Assembly: GCA_965215565.1 (NCBI GenBank)
Contig: CBDCDZ010000004.1
Coordinates: 2,208,001-2,272,000, forward strand
DNA: 64,000 nt
Origin: Trueperaceae bacterium
GTDB lineage: Bacteria > Deinococcota > Deinococci > Deinococcales > Trueperaceae
Direction of reading: 5' to 3'
Shown here: in pieces, positions 32,892 through 42,169 of the stretch
Position numbering within the stretch: position 1 is the stretch's first letter
Layout of the letters: the number at the start of each line of letters is the position of its first letter
Position numbers and translations under genes: made by a program
Notes under the pieces: model-generated
The model's database searches: none
The model's input: the letters and a program-made list of their open reading frames with translations, nothing else
What the model was told of the DNA's origin: nothing

Positions 32892-34141
32892 ACGCCCCCA
32901 AACGTTACCTCGCACTCGCACTCGCGCTTCTCCTCACCGCTTGCGGACCCGTGCAGGCGCAAAGTGATGCAGAGGGGAGCGATCAAACGCAGAACCAGTC
33001 TCAGGGCTCCCAATCTTCCAACGTCCGGCGCGTGCGCGTCCTCACCGCCGAACGCGGCGAGCTGACCACGCAGCGGAGCACGTCGGTCAATATCGAGCCG
33101 GGTAAGGAGAGCCAAATCGCCGCCGGGACCTCGGGGCAGGTGGCGAACATCGTCGCGCGCGAAGGGGCGCAAGTCAGGGAAGGCGATACGGTCATCCGGC
33201 TGGACGCGGAAACTGCGCAGCTTCAAGTCGAGAACGCCCGCACCGCCCTGCAGACGGCGCGCGTGAACTTACAGAGCGCCCAGAATTCGTCACAGGAGAG
33301 TACCGAGCAAGCCAGAGCCGCCCTAGACGCCGCGCGCACCAACTTGGAGCTGGCGCGGCAGCAGTACGAGGAGGGGCAGCAGCTCTTCAGCTCGGGCGGC
33401 ATCTCGCAGACGCAGCTCACGCAGTTCAGAGCGCAGTTGGAGCAGTCTCAAGCCTCCTTCCAGCAGGCGCAGGCGAACCTGTCGCAACTGGAGCGCGCGC
33501 CGAGCGAAAACTTGGAGTTGCAGCGCCTTCAGGTGCAGCAAGCGCAGAACCAACTCGCGCAGGCGGAGCGCGCCCTCAGCGACGCCACCATCACCGCGCC
33601 CTTCACAGGCGAAGTCGCCGACGTGTTAGTCGAGCAGGGCGAATTTATCGGCTCGGGCAGCCCCGCTTTTAGGTTGGTGAGCACCGAGGAGCAACTCGCT
33701 AGGTTCTCCGTGCCGCCGCAGGACGCCGGACCTCTCGCCGAGCAAGGGCTCGTCTACATCGACTATAACGGTTTGGATTACGGCGCGCAGATCATCCGCT
33801 CCTCGAGCGTCCCCGGCGAGTCGCGCTTGGTCAACGTCACCGCCCGCGTCTACCCTTCTGAGACGGAGATCCCTGTGGGCACAGTTGCGCAACTCAACTA
33901 TGAAATCACGCTCGCCGAGGGCGTCAAGCTCCCCTCGGGCGCGGTGCGCACCCAGAGTGGGCGGAGCTTCGTGCTCGCGCTCGAGGAGGGCGTGGCGCGT
34001 CAGCGGGAGGTGAGCGTCGCGGGTGAAGCGGGCGGCAGCGTAGTGGTGAACGGTTTAGAACCCGGCACGCGCATCGTCTATCCGCTCCCCGCCGACCTCC
34101 GCGACGGCACCAACGTCGAGATTATTGGAGACGCTCAGTGA
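32888..34141 (+). CDS. RND periplasmic adaptor (lipoprotein)
   Basis: Lipobox LTAC, lipoyl halves, ITAPFTG. Confidence 0.88.
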   Translation: MNAPKRYLALALALLLTACGPVQAQSDAEGSDQTQNQSQGSQSSNVRRVRVLTAERGELTTQRSTSVNIEPGKESQIAAGTSGQVANIVAREGAQVREGDTVIRLDAETAQLQVENARTALQTARVNLQSAQNSSQESTEQARAALDAARTNLELARQQYEEGQQLFSSGGISQTQLTQFRAQLEQSQASFQQAQANLSQLERAPSENLELQRLQVQQAQNQLAQAERALSDATITAPFTGEVADVLVEQGEFIGSGSPAFRLVSTEEQLARFSVPPQDAGPLAEQGLVYIDYNGLDYGAQIIRSSSVPGESRLVNVTARVYPSETEIPVGTVAQLNYEITLAEGVKLPSGAVRTQSGRSFVLALEEGVARQREVSVAGEAGGSVVVNGLEPGTRIVYPLPADLRDGTNVEIIGDAQ

Positions 34142-37100
34142 AGAACCTGATTCAACTCTTCGTAACGCGCTTCGTCGCGTCCATCAGCATCTTCGGCGCG
34201 CTGGTGCTCTTCGGTCTCATCGCGTACTTCGAGCTGGGCATCGAGTTCTTCCCAGAAATCTCCATCCCCGTCGTCGCCGTCTCGACGCCTTACGCTGGCG
34301 CAGGACCTGAAGAGGTTGCCCAGGAGCTGACCGAGCCCATCGAGGACTCGCTCGCGACGCTGCCCGGCGTCAGCAGCATCACCTCGACCTCGTCCGAAGG
34401 CTTGAGCGTCGTCATCATCAACTTTAATAACAGCACGGATCAAGACCAGGCAGCGGTGGACGTGGGGCAGCGCCTCGACACTATCTTGAACAGCTTACCT
34501 AGTGACGCGGACGCGCCCATTGTCCAAAAGTTTGACCCGAGCGACGAGCCGATTTTAGACATCGCCGTCGCCGCCCCCGGCGTCTCGCTGACCGAGTTGC
34601 AGCGCTACGTGGACGACAACGTCACGCCCGCACTGCAGCGCGTTGAGGGCATTGCGGACGTGTCTTTAGTCGGCGAGATAGACCGGCAGTTTCAGGTGCT
34701 CTTAAACCCTGACCAACTCGGCTCGTACAACCTCTCGCCTGGTCAGGTCGTGAACGCGATTCGCGCCTCGGCGACGGATTTGCCCATCGGCAGCTTAGAC
34801 GTGTCGAACGGGCGCATCCTGCTGACCGGGCGCAACACGCCCGGCTCGTTAGAAGCGGTTGCCGCCATCCCCGTCGATTCGGCTAGAGGTGTGAGCGTCT
34901 CCGACGTCGCTACGGTGCGCGACAGCTCGCAAGACTTGGAGAGCTTTTCGCGCGTGAACGGCGAACAGGTCGTGCTTTTAGAAGCGCAGAAGACCTCGGG
35001 GGGCAACTCGGTAGCTGCCGCCAACAGGGTGGCGCAGGCGCTAGAAGACCTCGAGCTGCCCGAGGGTTACAGCGCCGAAGTCGTCACCGACACAACTGAA
35101 TTCACCGAGGCAGTCGTGAGCGATACCTTGGTTGAGATCGCTATCGCCGTCGCCGCCGTCGGGCTCACCATGCTCTTCTTCGTCGGGCGGCTCGGCACGC
35201 TCTTGGGCGTCATCTTGGCGATCCCCATCTCCATCACGGGTGCGTTCATCGCGTTTTTCTTCCTGGGTTTCACCTTCAACCTGATGACGCTTTTAGCCAT
35301 CACTGTGGCGGTGGGGCTCGTGGTGGACGACTCTATCGTCGTCGCCGAAAACATCGACCGCTACCGCGACAGGAACCCGCAAGAGGGCGTCGTGGTGGGC
35401 GCAGCGGAGGTCTCGACGCCTGTTTTGGCCTCGACGCTAGCGCTCTTGGCGGTCTTCTTGCCCATCTCCTTCTTGCCCGGCGTTATCGGCGACTTCTTCG
35501 CAACGTTCGGGCTCTCGATGGTCGCGATGATCGTCTTTTCGTACCTCGCGTCTATCTTCTTCCTGCCGATGCTCCTAGCGTACATCCCCAACCCGCTCCC
35601 ACCCGGCTGGCGCGATCTGCCGCGCGCGCTCGGCAAGGCCAAAAGTGACGCCTACTGGGGTCTCAACCTCTTTAAGCGCATCTGGTTCTGGGTGCTTATC
35701 GTCGGCGTCGCCGCGTTTCTCTACACGCAACTCGGACCCTTGTGGCTCCTCGCACTCCTCGCGGTGCCCTTTATCCTCGTCGCCGCGCGCTACCTCGGGC
35801 GGCTCGTCTCGTACCTCTTAGGCGCGGTGGCGCTCAGCGTGTACAGCTTCGGCGACGCGATCACCAACGTGACGCGGGACGCCTACGTGTCGTCGCTAGG
35901 GAGTGTGCTCGCGCGTCCCTGGACCGTGCTTGTCGTGGCTGCGCTCCTCTTTAGTACCCTGGTCTTCGTAGCGCCCCGCATCGGCTTTAACTTCACGCCG
36001 CCCGACGACTCGGGTCTACTCTCCGCGACGGTGGAACTGCCGTCAGGCGTCAATTTGGACGAGGGCAACGCGGTTGCCACGCGCGTCGAACGCGCCCTCT
36101 TGGATGATCCCCTCATCGAGACCTTGCAGGTGACGGTGGGCGCGTCGGACCAGAACGGCGTCTCGTCGGCGGGGCGCATCGCGCTAGGCATCCAACTCGT
36201 CGGCAAGGACGAGCGCACGCGCACCACGAACGAGTACGCGGTGGTATACCAAGGCCGCATAGAGGAGGCTCTCGCGAACGTTCCCGAGGCGGACATCAGC
36301 GTTCAGGCTGGCGACGCGGCCGGCGGACCGCCCCCTTCGGACGTGTACAACTTGACGCTCGCCTCGAACGACTTCGGGGCGCTGCAAGAGCGCGAACCCG
36401 AGATCATTCGCTACCTGGAGAGCCTGCCCTATCTGCGTAATGTGGGCTCGAGCTTGGAGTCCACCGTCAGCGAGCAGGTCTTCGTCCTCAATAACGCCCA
36501 ACTGACCGGCACCGGGCTGAGCGCCTCGGACGTCTACAGCACGCTACGCACCTACAACGTCGGTACGGAAGCCGCGCAAGTTCGCTCGGGCGGCGAAGAC
36601 ATCCCCATCCAAGTCCAGGTCAACCCGCGCTTCGTGCGCGACGAGCAGGCGCTCATCAGCTTGCCCATCTTCGCGCCGGGCTTGGAGTCGCGCGTCCCGA
36701 TCAACTCGCTCGGACGCTTTGAGAGCCGCGCCGCGCCCACCACCTTGAGCCGCTCGAATCAGACCTACTCCGTCAACTTCGAGGCGAACTTGACGACGAG
36801 CGCGCCCCCGCTCCTCACGGTGCGCACCGAGATCGAGGAGGGGCTGCGCCAAGAGGGTCTCATCGGCGACGCGGTCAATATAGGCGACAGCGGCGAACTC
36901 GACCTCGTCGGCGACCTCGCCAGAAACGGTCCTATCGCGTTCGGTTTGGCGCTGCTGCTGACCTACCTCGTCATCGCCACGCAGTTCAATTCGTTCAGGT
37001 TCCCCGTGTACCTCTTGCTCACCGTGCCCCTAGCGCTCATTGGCGTATTTTGGACCTTCCTCTTCACCGGTACCTCGTTCGACATCATCAGCGTATTGGG

Positions 37101-37530
37101 CGTGATCATGCTCATCGGTCTGGTGGTCAAAAATGCGATTTTGCTCCTCGACGTGCTCTTCGAGCAACTTCGCGAGGGGGAGGGCAGCTCGCTTAAAGAG
37201 GCGCTCATTGAGGCGGGGCGGCTGCGCTTTCGCCCCATCGTCATGACGGCTGTGACCGTGGTGATCATCAGCGCGCCGCTCCTCTTGGGTCTCGGTGAAG
37301 GCGCGGAGTTTCGCCGCCCACTCGGCCTGGTTATCTTAGCGGGCGTGCTGACCTCATCGCTCCTGACCTTCTACGTCGTGCCCGCCGCCTTTTACCAGTT
37401 CGAGCGCCGCAACTTCGAGCGGGGCGAGGGCGGCTCGGGCGAGGTTGCCGAAGCGGAGCGTCGGCGCGCGCCGACCGTCGTTGCGCCGCAGCGGACGCCC
37501 AGACCACAGACGGCGGAGAGTAAGTCGTAA
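34138..37530 (+). CDS. RND efflux permease (AcrB family)
   Basis: GAGPEEV, GLVVDDSIVVAENI, GLVVKNAILL, RFRPIVMT. Confidence 0.93.
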   Translation: MKNLIQLFVTRFVASISIFGALVLFGLIAYFELGIEFFPEISIPVVAVSTPYAGAGPEEVAQELTEPIEDSLATLPGVSSITSTSSEGLSVVIINFNNSTDQDQAAVDVGQRLDTILNSLPSDADAPIVQKFDPSDEPILDIAVAAPGVSLTELQRYVDDNVTPALQRVEGIADVSLVGEIDRQFQVLLNPDQLGSYNLSPGQVVNAIRASATDLPIGSLDVSNGRILLTGRNTPGSLEAVAAIPVDSARGVSVSDVATVRDSSQDLESFSRVNGEQVVLLEAQKTSGGNSVAAANRVAQALEDLELPEGYSAEVVTDTTEFTEAVVSDTLVEIAIAVAAVGLTMLFFVGRLGTLLGVILAIPISITGAFIAFFFLGFTFNLMTLLAITVAVGLVVDDSIVVAENIDRYRDRNPQEGVVVGAAEVSTPVLASTLALLAVFLPISFLPGVIGDFFATFGLSMVAMIVFSYLASIFFLPMLLAYIPNPLPPGWRDLPRALGKAKSDAYWGLNLFKRIWFWVLIVGVAAFLYTQLGPLWLLALLAVPFILVAARYLGRLVSYLLGAVALSVYSFGDAITNVTRDAYVSSLGSVLARPWTVLVVAALLFSTLVFVAPRIGFNFTPPDDSGLLSATVELPSGVNLDEGNAVATRVERALLDDPLIETLQVTVGASDQNGVSSAGRIALGIQLVGKDERTRTTNEYAVVYQGRIEEALANVPEADISVQAGDAAGGPPPSDVYNLTLASNDFGALQEREPEIIRYLESLPYLRNVGSSLESTVSEQVFVLNNAQLTGTGLSASDVYSTLRTYNVGTEAAQVRSGGEDIPIQVQVNPRFVRDEQALISLPIFAPGLESRVPINSLGRFESRAAPTTLSRSNQTYSVNFEANLTTSAPPLLTVRTEIEEGLRQEGLIGDAVNIGDSGELDLVGDLARNGPIAFGLALLLTYLVIATQFNSFRFPVYLLLTVPLALIGVFWTFLFTGTSFDIISVLGVIMLIGLVVKNAILLLDVLFEQLREGEGSSLKEALIEAGRLRFRPIVMTAVTVVIISAPLLLGLGEGAEFRRPLGLVILAGVLTSSLLTFYVVPAAFYQFERRNFERGEGGSGEVAEAERRRAPTVVAPQRTPRPQTAESKS

Positions 37531-37580
37531 TACGGATTCCAGTTGACTCGCCAGCATAACGAGTCAACTGGAATCCGCAT
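37530..37580. repeat. 21-bp-stem inverted repeat between convergent genes (terminator or dispersed repeat)
   Basis: ATACGGATTCCAGTTGACTCG-9nt-CGAGTCAACTGGAATCCGCAT, one mismatch. Confidence 0.8.
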
Positions 37581-37601
37581 CAGGACACCTCGAGGTACGC
37601 T

Positions 37602-38858
37602 TTAAGAATAACGAAGCTTTTGGTAATAGTGGCGCACTGTCTCGGGCAACAGCGCGCGTGCGATGCGTCTAGGCGTCAACTTGAGAAAGGCGGCGATCTG
37701 TTCATCCGAAGGGTAGTTGTCGGGCGAGAAGGACGTGTAGAGCACCTCGTAACGCGCCGCCGCCGCGTTCGCGTCGAGGTTCTCGAGCACGTAGCGCTTG
37801 CCGAACTCGCCCACTTGGGCGCGCAGCGCTTCATCCTCCAGCAGCTCGCGCAGCGCGTTCGTCAGCTCTGTGACGCTCTGACCATAAGGCTTTGCTTTCT
37901 CGAGATGCCTGCCTGCAAAGTTGTAAAAGGCAAGTTGCTCGGTGTCGTCGCGCCCTACCAAACCTGCGTACCCCAACTCGCCTAGTAGAACGACGGGCTT
38001 TTCGAAGAGCATCCCCTCAAACGCCGTGCGCCCTAAGCCCATGACGATGTCAGCCAAGCCGAGGTAGTCGGGCGCACGCGGGGCTTCGTCTTGGACGCTC
38101 ACCGCTAGCGTGGTGCCAGCGGCGCGGTTGATGTCGCTAAAACGCGCCCTAACCTCTTCAAAATCCTCGCGGTTCTCCGGCGGGACGTAACCAATATGTA
38201 CGAAACGCACGTCGTAACCCTCCTTGTGGAGTTGCGCGGCGGCGTCTGCGCCCTGAAGCAGCCCACCCTTGTATTTCCGGCTCACGCGGGCGATGCGCAG
38301 CAAGATCTTCGAAGAGGGCGGCAGGTTGTATTTTTCACGAAAGCGTCCATAGGAGGTTCCGTTATCGTCGCTCACGCGCTCTAGCATCGAAGTAAAGTCG
38401 AGGCGCGCCGGAATGACCTCGATGTCGCCCTCACGAAGTCCCGTCTTCTCGACCAACGCCGCCTTGACCTCATGGCTGAGCGAGATGATGGGCTTCATCT
38501 CCAGCGCCGTGCGCGGCGGTCTGCCGCCGCAAATCGTGTGAAAGACGGGGACGCCGAGCGCTTTGGCCGCTTTCGTTATTTCGGGCACGCCCCTCTTGTC
38601 GAAGGAGTGGACGACGTCTACCTCACCGCGCCCGTGCAGAGTATAGATGAGTTCTTCTAAAGCGGGGTACTGCCCCGCCCAACCCACCGAGATAGGGTGC
38701 ATCTTGAAGCCCGCCTCTTCGATGATGCGGGTGTTTGATCCCGCTACCACGGCAAAAGAGACCTCGTGTCCGCGCCTTTGTAGCGCCTGTGCGATGGTCG
38801 TGGCGGTGCGCGTGTGACCCGCTAGATTGCTATACATATCAACGAATAAAATTTTCAT
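37602..38858 (-). CDS. GT-B glycosyltransferase (GT4-like), paralog 2
   Basis: AGH...A.AL.RRGHEV, ADIVMGLGRTAFEGM..KPV. Confidence 0.8.
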   Translation of the reverse strand: MKILFVDMYSNLAGHTRTATTIAQALQRRGHEVSFAVVAGSNTRIIEEAGFKMHPISVGWAGQYPALEELIYTLHGRGEVDVVHSFDKRGVPEITKAAKALGVPVFHTICGGRPPRTALEMKPIISLSHEVKAALVEKTGLREGDIEVIPARLDFTSMLERVSDDNGTSYGRFREKYNLPPSSKILLRIARVSRKYKGGLLQGADAAAQLHKEGYDVRFVHIGYVPPENREDFEEVRARFSDINRAAGTTLAVSVQDEAPRAPDYLGLADIVMGLGRTAFEGMLFEKPVVLLGELGYAGLVGRDDTEQLAFYNFAGRHLEKAKPYGQSVTELTNALRELLEDEALRAQVGEFGKRYVLENLDANAAAARYEVLYTSFSPDNYPSDEQIAAFLKLTPRRIARALLPETVRHYYQKLRYS

Positions 38859-38898
38859 GACCTTCTCCGTAACCCTTAGCAGGTCTCAGCCGTTAGGC

Positions 38899-39083
38899 TA
38901 GCTGGACCTCATCTGGTTTGAGTGTACGTAAGTTTTGCAAAGCAGCACTCTCACTGTAAAAAACATTGATGAGCACTCACTTTCGGAGATGAAATCCCGC
39001 TCTCAAGCGAAGCTATCTCGCTAGGCTTCGCCCTGCGAGCTGAGAACTGCGGCAATCTGTCTCAGTAAGTCTTGGAAGTGCTA
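38899..39083. repeat. MITE-like dispersed element, copy 3 (with nested module C)
   Basis: CATCTGGTTTGAGTGTACG...GAGCACTCAC...CTGCGGCAATCTGTCTCAG...GGAAGTGCTA aligns with copy 1. Confidence 0.8.
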
Positions 39084-39283
39084 CCTCTATCCTTTATAGC
39101 GCTAAATATGCAAGCCTGGCTAGCTGTGCCCCCTCTTAGGCTGAGCGACGAACTTTTTAAGAAGTCGCTATTTCCACTACCCGCCGGAATCCTTGACCAT
39201 TCTACTCGCTGGAGCGTCTTTAAGCGGGCGTCGCTAGAGCGTAGAACAGAGTTGCGTACGCTCAACTGCTTGCAAGCGTTTGT

Positions 39284-40546
39284 CTAACCTGAGTAGTGGC
39301 GGAGCCTGTGCAGGTAGTGGTGCACCTTGCCGGGGGTCAACGCTTTTGCCACGCGCCTAGGTGTGAGCTTGAGGTGCGCCGCGAGCTGCTTGTCGGAAGG
39401 GTAGTTTTCGGGGACGAAGGACGTGTAGAGCGCCTCGTAACGCTCCGCCGCTATGTTCGCGTCGAGATTTTTCAGCACGTAAGCGCGGCCGAACTCGCCG
39501 ACGCGGACGCGCAAGGCTTCGTCCTCGAGCAGCTCGCGCAGCGTGCTCTTGAGTTCGCCGACGCTCTGCTCGTAAGGCTTCGCCTCTTTAAGGTGCCGCC
39601 CCGAAAAATTGTAAAAGGCGAGCGGCTCGGTGTCGTCGCGCCCTATCAAACCCGCGAAACCCGCCTTGCCGATGATGAGCGTAGGTTTTTCAAAGAGCAT
39701 CCCTTCGAAGACCGTACGGCCCATTCCGACGACGACGTCAGCCATGCTCAAGTAGTCGGGCGCGTGTGGCGCTTCGTCTTGGGCGCTCACAGCGAGCGTC
39801 GTGCCTGCGGCGCGGTTTATCGCCTCAAACTGCGCCTTGACCTCCTCTAAGTTCGCTTCATCGTCTGAAGGGACGAACCCGATGTGAACAAAGCGCACGT
39901 CGTAACCCTCTTCGTAGAGCCGCGCCACAGCGTCTGCGCTTTGCAGGACGCCCTTGGTGTACTTCGTCGAGAGGCGGGCGATGCGCAAGACGATTTTCGA
40001 GGTCGGCGGCAAGCCGTACTTCTCGCGAAAGCGCCGCTGCGCCGCGCCACTACTGTCCTCGGCGCGGCGCAGCAGCGCCTGGGCGTCGATACGAGCGGGG
40101 ATTACCTCGATCTCATCTTCACGAAAGCCGCTTCGCCCTAGCAAGTCGTGCTTGATCTCGTGGCTAAGCGAGATGAGCGGCTTTAGCTCCAACACTCCCT
40201 GGGGCGTTTTGCCGCCACAAATCGTCCGAAATACGGGTAGGCGCAGCGTTTTAGCTGCCTTGACCGTCTCGGGCAGACACCTCGTATTAAACGAATGAAC
40301 GACGTCCACCTCGCCGCGCCCGTGCAGGTCACTGATGACCCTCTCCATATCGGGGCAGCGCCCTGCCCAGCGCACGGGAACGCGGTAAATGGGCAACCGA
40401 GCAGCTTCGATAACGTCCGCTCTCGAGCCCTCAGCGACGACGAAAGAAACGCGGTGTCCGCGCCGCTCTAAAGCTTGGGCGATAGTGGTGGCGGTGCGGG
40501 TATGACCTGCAATATCCGCCAACATGTCAACGAACAAAATCTTCAT
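39284..40546 (-). CDS. GT-B glycosyltransferase (GT4-like), paralog 1
   Basis: Co-linear over its full length with 37602-38858. Confidence 0.8.
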   Translation of the reverse strand: MKILFVDMLADIAGHTRTATTIAQALERRGHRVSFVVAEGSRADVIEAARLPIYRVPVRWAGRCPDMERVISDLHGRGEVDVVHSFNTRCLPETVKAAKTLRLPVFRTICGGKTPQGVLELKPLISLSHEIKHDLLGRSGFREDEIEVIPARIDAQALLRRAEDSSGAAQRRFREKYGLPPTSKIVLRIARLSTKYTKGVLQSADAVARLYEEGYDVRFVHIGFVPSDDEANLEEVKAQFEAINRAAGTTLAVSAQDEAPHAPDYLSMADVVVGMGRTVFEGMLFEKPTLIIGKAGFAGLIGRDDTEPLAFYNFSGRHLKEAKPYEQSVGELKSTLRELLEDEALRVRVGEFGRAYVLKNLDANIAAERYEALYTSFVPENYPSDKQLAAHLKLTPRRVAKALTPGKVHHYLHRLRHYSG

Positions 40547-40570
40547 GTGTTCTCCTACGTTAGTGCTACG

Positions 40571-41908
40571 TTAGTGCCCTCGCCCGCCCACTTTTGCGGT
40601 GAGTCTATCCGTGAGCTTACCCAAGAAGTCGAAGTCGCTCCGCCGGTACCGCAAGAGGTCGCCTAAGGGCAAGTCAACTGCCTTTGAGTAAACCAGTACG
40701 AATACCAGCGCCGAGAGCGAATAGCTGAGCGTCGAAGCGATCGCCGCGCCGTTCGCCGCATACTGAGGGATGAGTAGCACGTTGAGCACGATGTTAAAGA
40801 GCACCGCCGGACCCGCGACGTAAAGCGCTAGCCAGGGACGCCCTTTGCTCACCAAGTCCATATTGAGTACTTTGAACGCTGTGAACGCGACGATGCCGGG
40901 CAAGAGAAGTCTGGTCACAAGCACGCTAGGCGTAAAGTCTTGACCGTAAACGAGCGGAATAAAATACCCGACGACGACGAATAATCCGGCGCTGCCCACC
41001 AGCGCAACAACGAACGTTACGCGCATCAGCTTAGCAACGTTGCGCGTGAACGCTTTGGGGTCTTTTGCGTTGGCACCTTTTGAAAAGAGCACCGCGCTGA
41101 GCGCGGCGGGCAGTTGCCACAGCAGCTCGGCTAAGCTCACCCCCTGGGTGTACTGCCCCACCTCAGTCTTCGTGCTGAGCTGCTGCAAGATCACGATATC
41201 AACCTTGTAGTTGAGCCCCAACACGAAAAGTGCGGCGGCGTAGACGACGCCTAAACTCAGCATCTGCCGCGCTACATTGGGTATGAACTTCGCTTTGAGC
41301 GAAGCGTGCCTCGAAATCAGCCAGAGCGAATAGAGCGCTAAGGAGGCGCTAGCGATGGTGCCCGCGACGAGCGCGCCCGTAACGTAGAGCCCCGCTAAAC
41401 CGACGAGCAGCAAAATAGCGACGAGCCTAACGAACGCGATGAGCCAACTCGTGAAGGAGAAGCGCTGTATCTGCTCCTTGCCCAGAAAGATGCCCGAAGA
41501 GTACGAGTTGACGAGGCTCGTAGGGATCGTCGAGAGCGCGAGCACGATGAGCGGCAGCGTGAAGTTGGGGTCGTTGACGAAATAGTAGACGCACGCGCCA
41601 ACTGCGAGGCTCAGCGCCGAAGAGACCCACACGAAAAACATCGTGACCGAGATGACGTCCGCCTCGGAATGCTCCTTTTTGCCGAGCTGATAGACCGTTG
41701 CCTGCCGGATGCCCAAGTTCGCCAAGCTCGTGATCAGCGAGGGGAACACGAGAATCGCCGCGTAGATACCCTTACCTTCTGGTCCTAAAAAACGCGCTAG
41801 GGCGACACCTGTAGCGAAGGTCAGCGCGAGCATGACAAAGCGGCTTTTCATGACGCTGAGGGCGTCGCGGATGAAACTCCGCTTCGCGGGAGCAGCGCTA
41901 GAAGACAT
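40571..41908 (-). CDS. Wzx-like polysaccharide flippase
   Basis: LARFLGPEGKG, about 12 hydrophobic segments, LNVLLIP.Y..NGAAIAS. Confidence 0.88.
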   Translation of the reverse strand: MSSSAAPAKRSFIRDALSVMKSRFVMLALTFATGVALARFLGPEGKGIYAAILVFPSLITSLANLGIRQATVYQLGKKEHSEADVISVTMFFVWVSSALSLAVGACVYYFVNDPNFTLPLIVLALSTIPTSLVNSYSSGIFLGKEQIQRFSFTSWLIAFVRLVAILLLVGLAGLYVTGALVAGTIASASLALYSLWLISRHASLKAKFIPNVARQMLSLGVVYAAALFVLGLNYKVDIVILQQLSTKTEVGQYTQGVSLAELLWQLPAALSAVLFSKGANAKDPKAFTRNVAKLMRVTFVVALVGSAGLFVVVGYFIPLVYGQDFTPSVLVTRLLLPGIVAFTAFKVLNMDLVSKGRPWLALYVAGPAVLFNIVLNVLLIPQYAANGAAIASTLSYSLSALVFVLVYSKAVDLPLGDLLRYRRSDFDFLGKLTDRLTAKVGGRGH

Positions 41909-42169
41909 GCGCCGTCCTCACTACTTTCATCTGCTTATTTTCGCGCCGCCCTATCCGTAGTTGTGTTGACACGCTGCTCCTTACCTAAGTACCTTTCACG
42001 TACCGCCAAGTATCTTAGCAGGTGCGCGCGCGTGACTGCAGAGATATATCACAGAGACGCGCCAGAGATGCAGTGCAAAAATTACGGCGGATCGGCTCAG
42101 AAGAGGGTGTTGGCATTCTCACGCCGATAACCCGGACGCGGGAGGTGTGACGAGCAGTGTCGCGCGGGC

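Noticed and set aside
39084..39283. Short ORFs between the two glycosyltransferase paralogs
   Set aside because: No motif, RBS or -10 box support, and they partly overlap the repeat element.
42016..42080. TTAGCAGGT start resembling the MITE-like element (also ATAGCAGG at 59103)
   Set aside because: Internal conserved blocks and the right end are missing.
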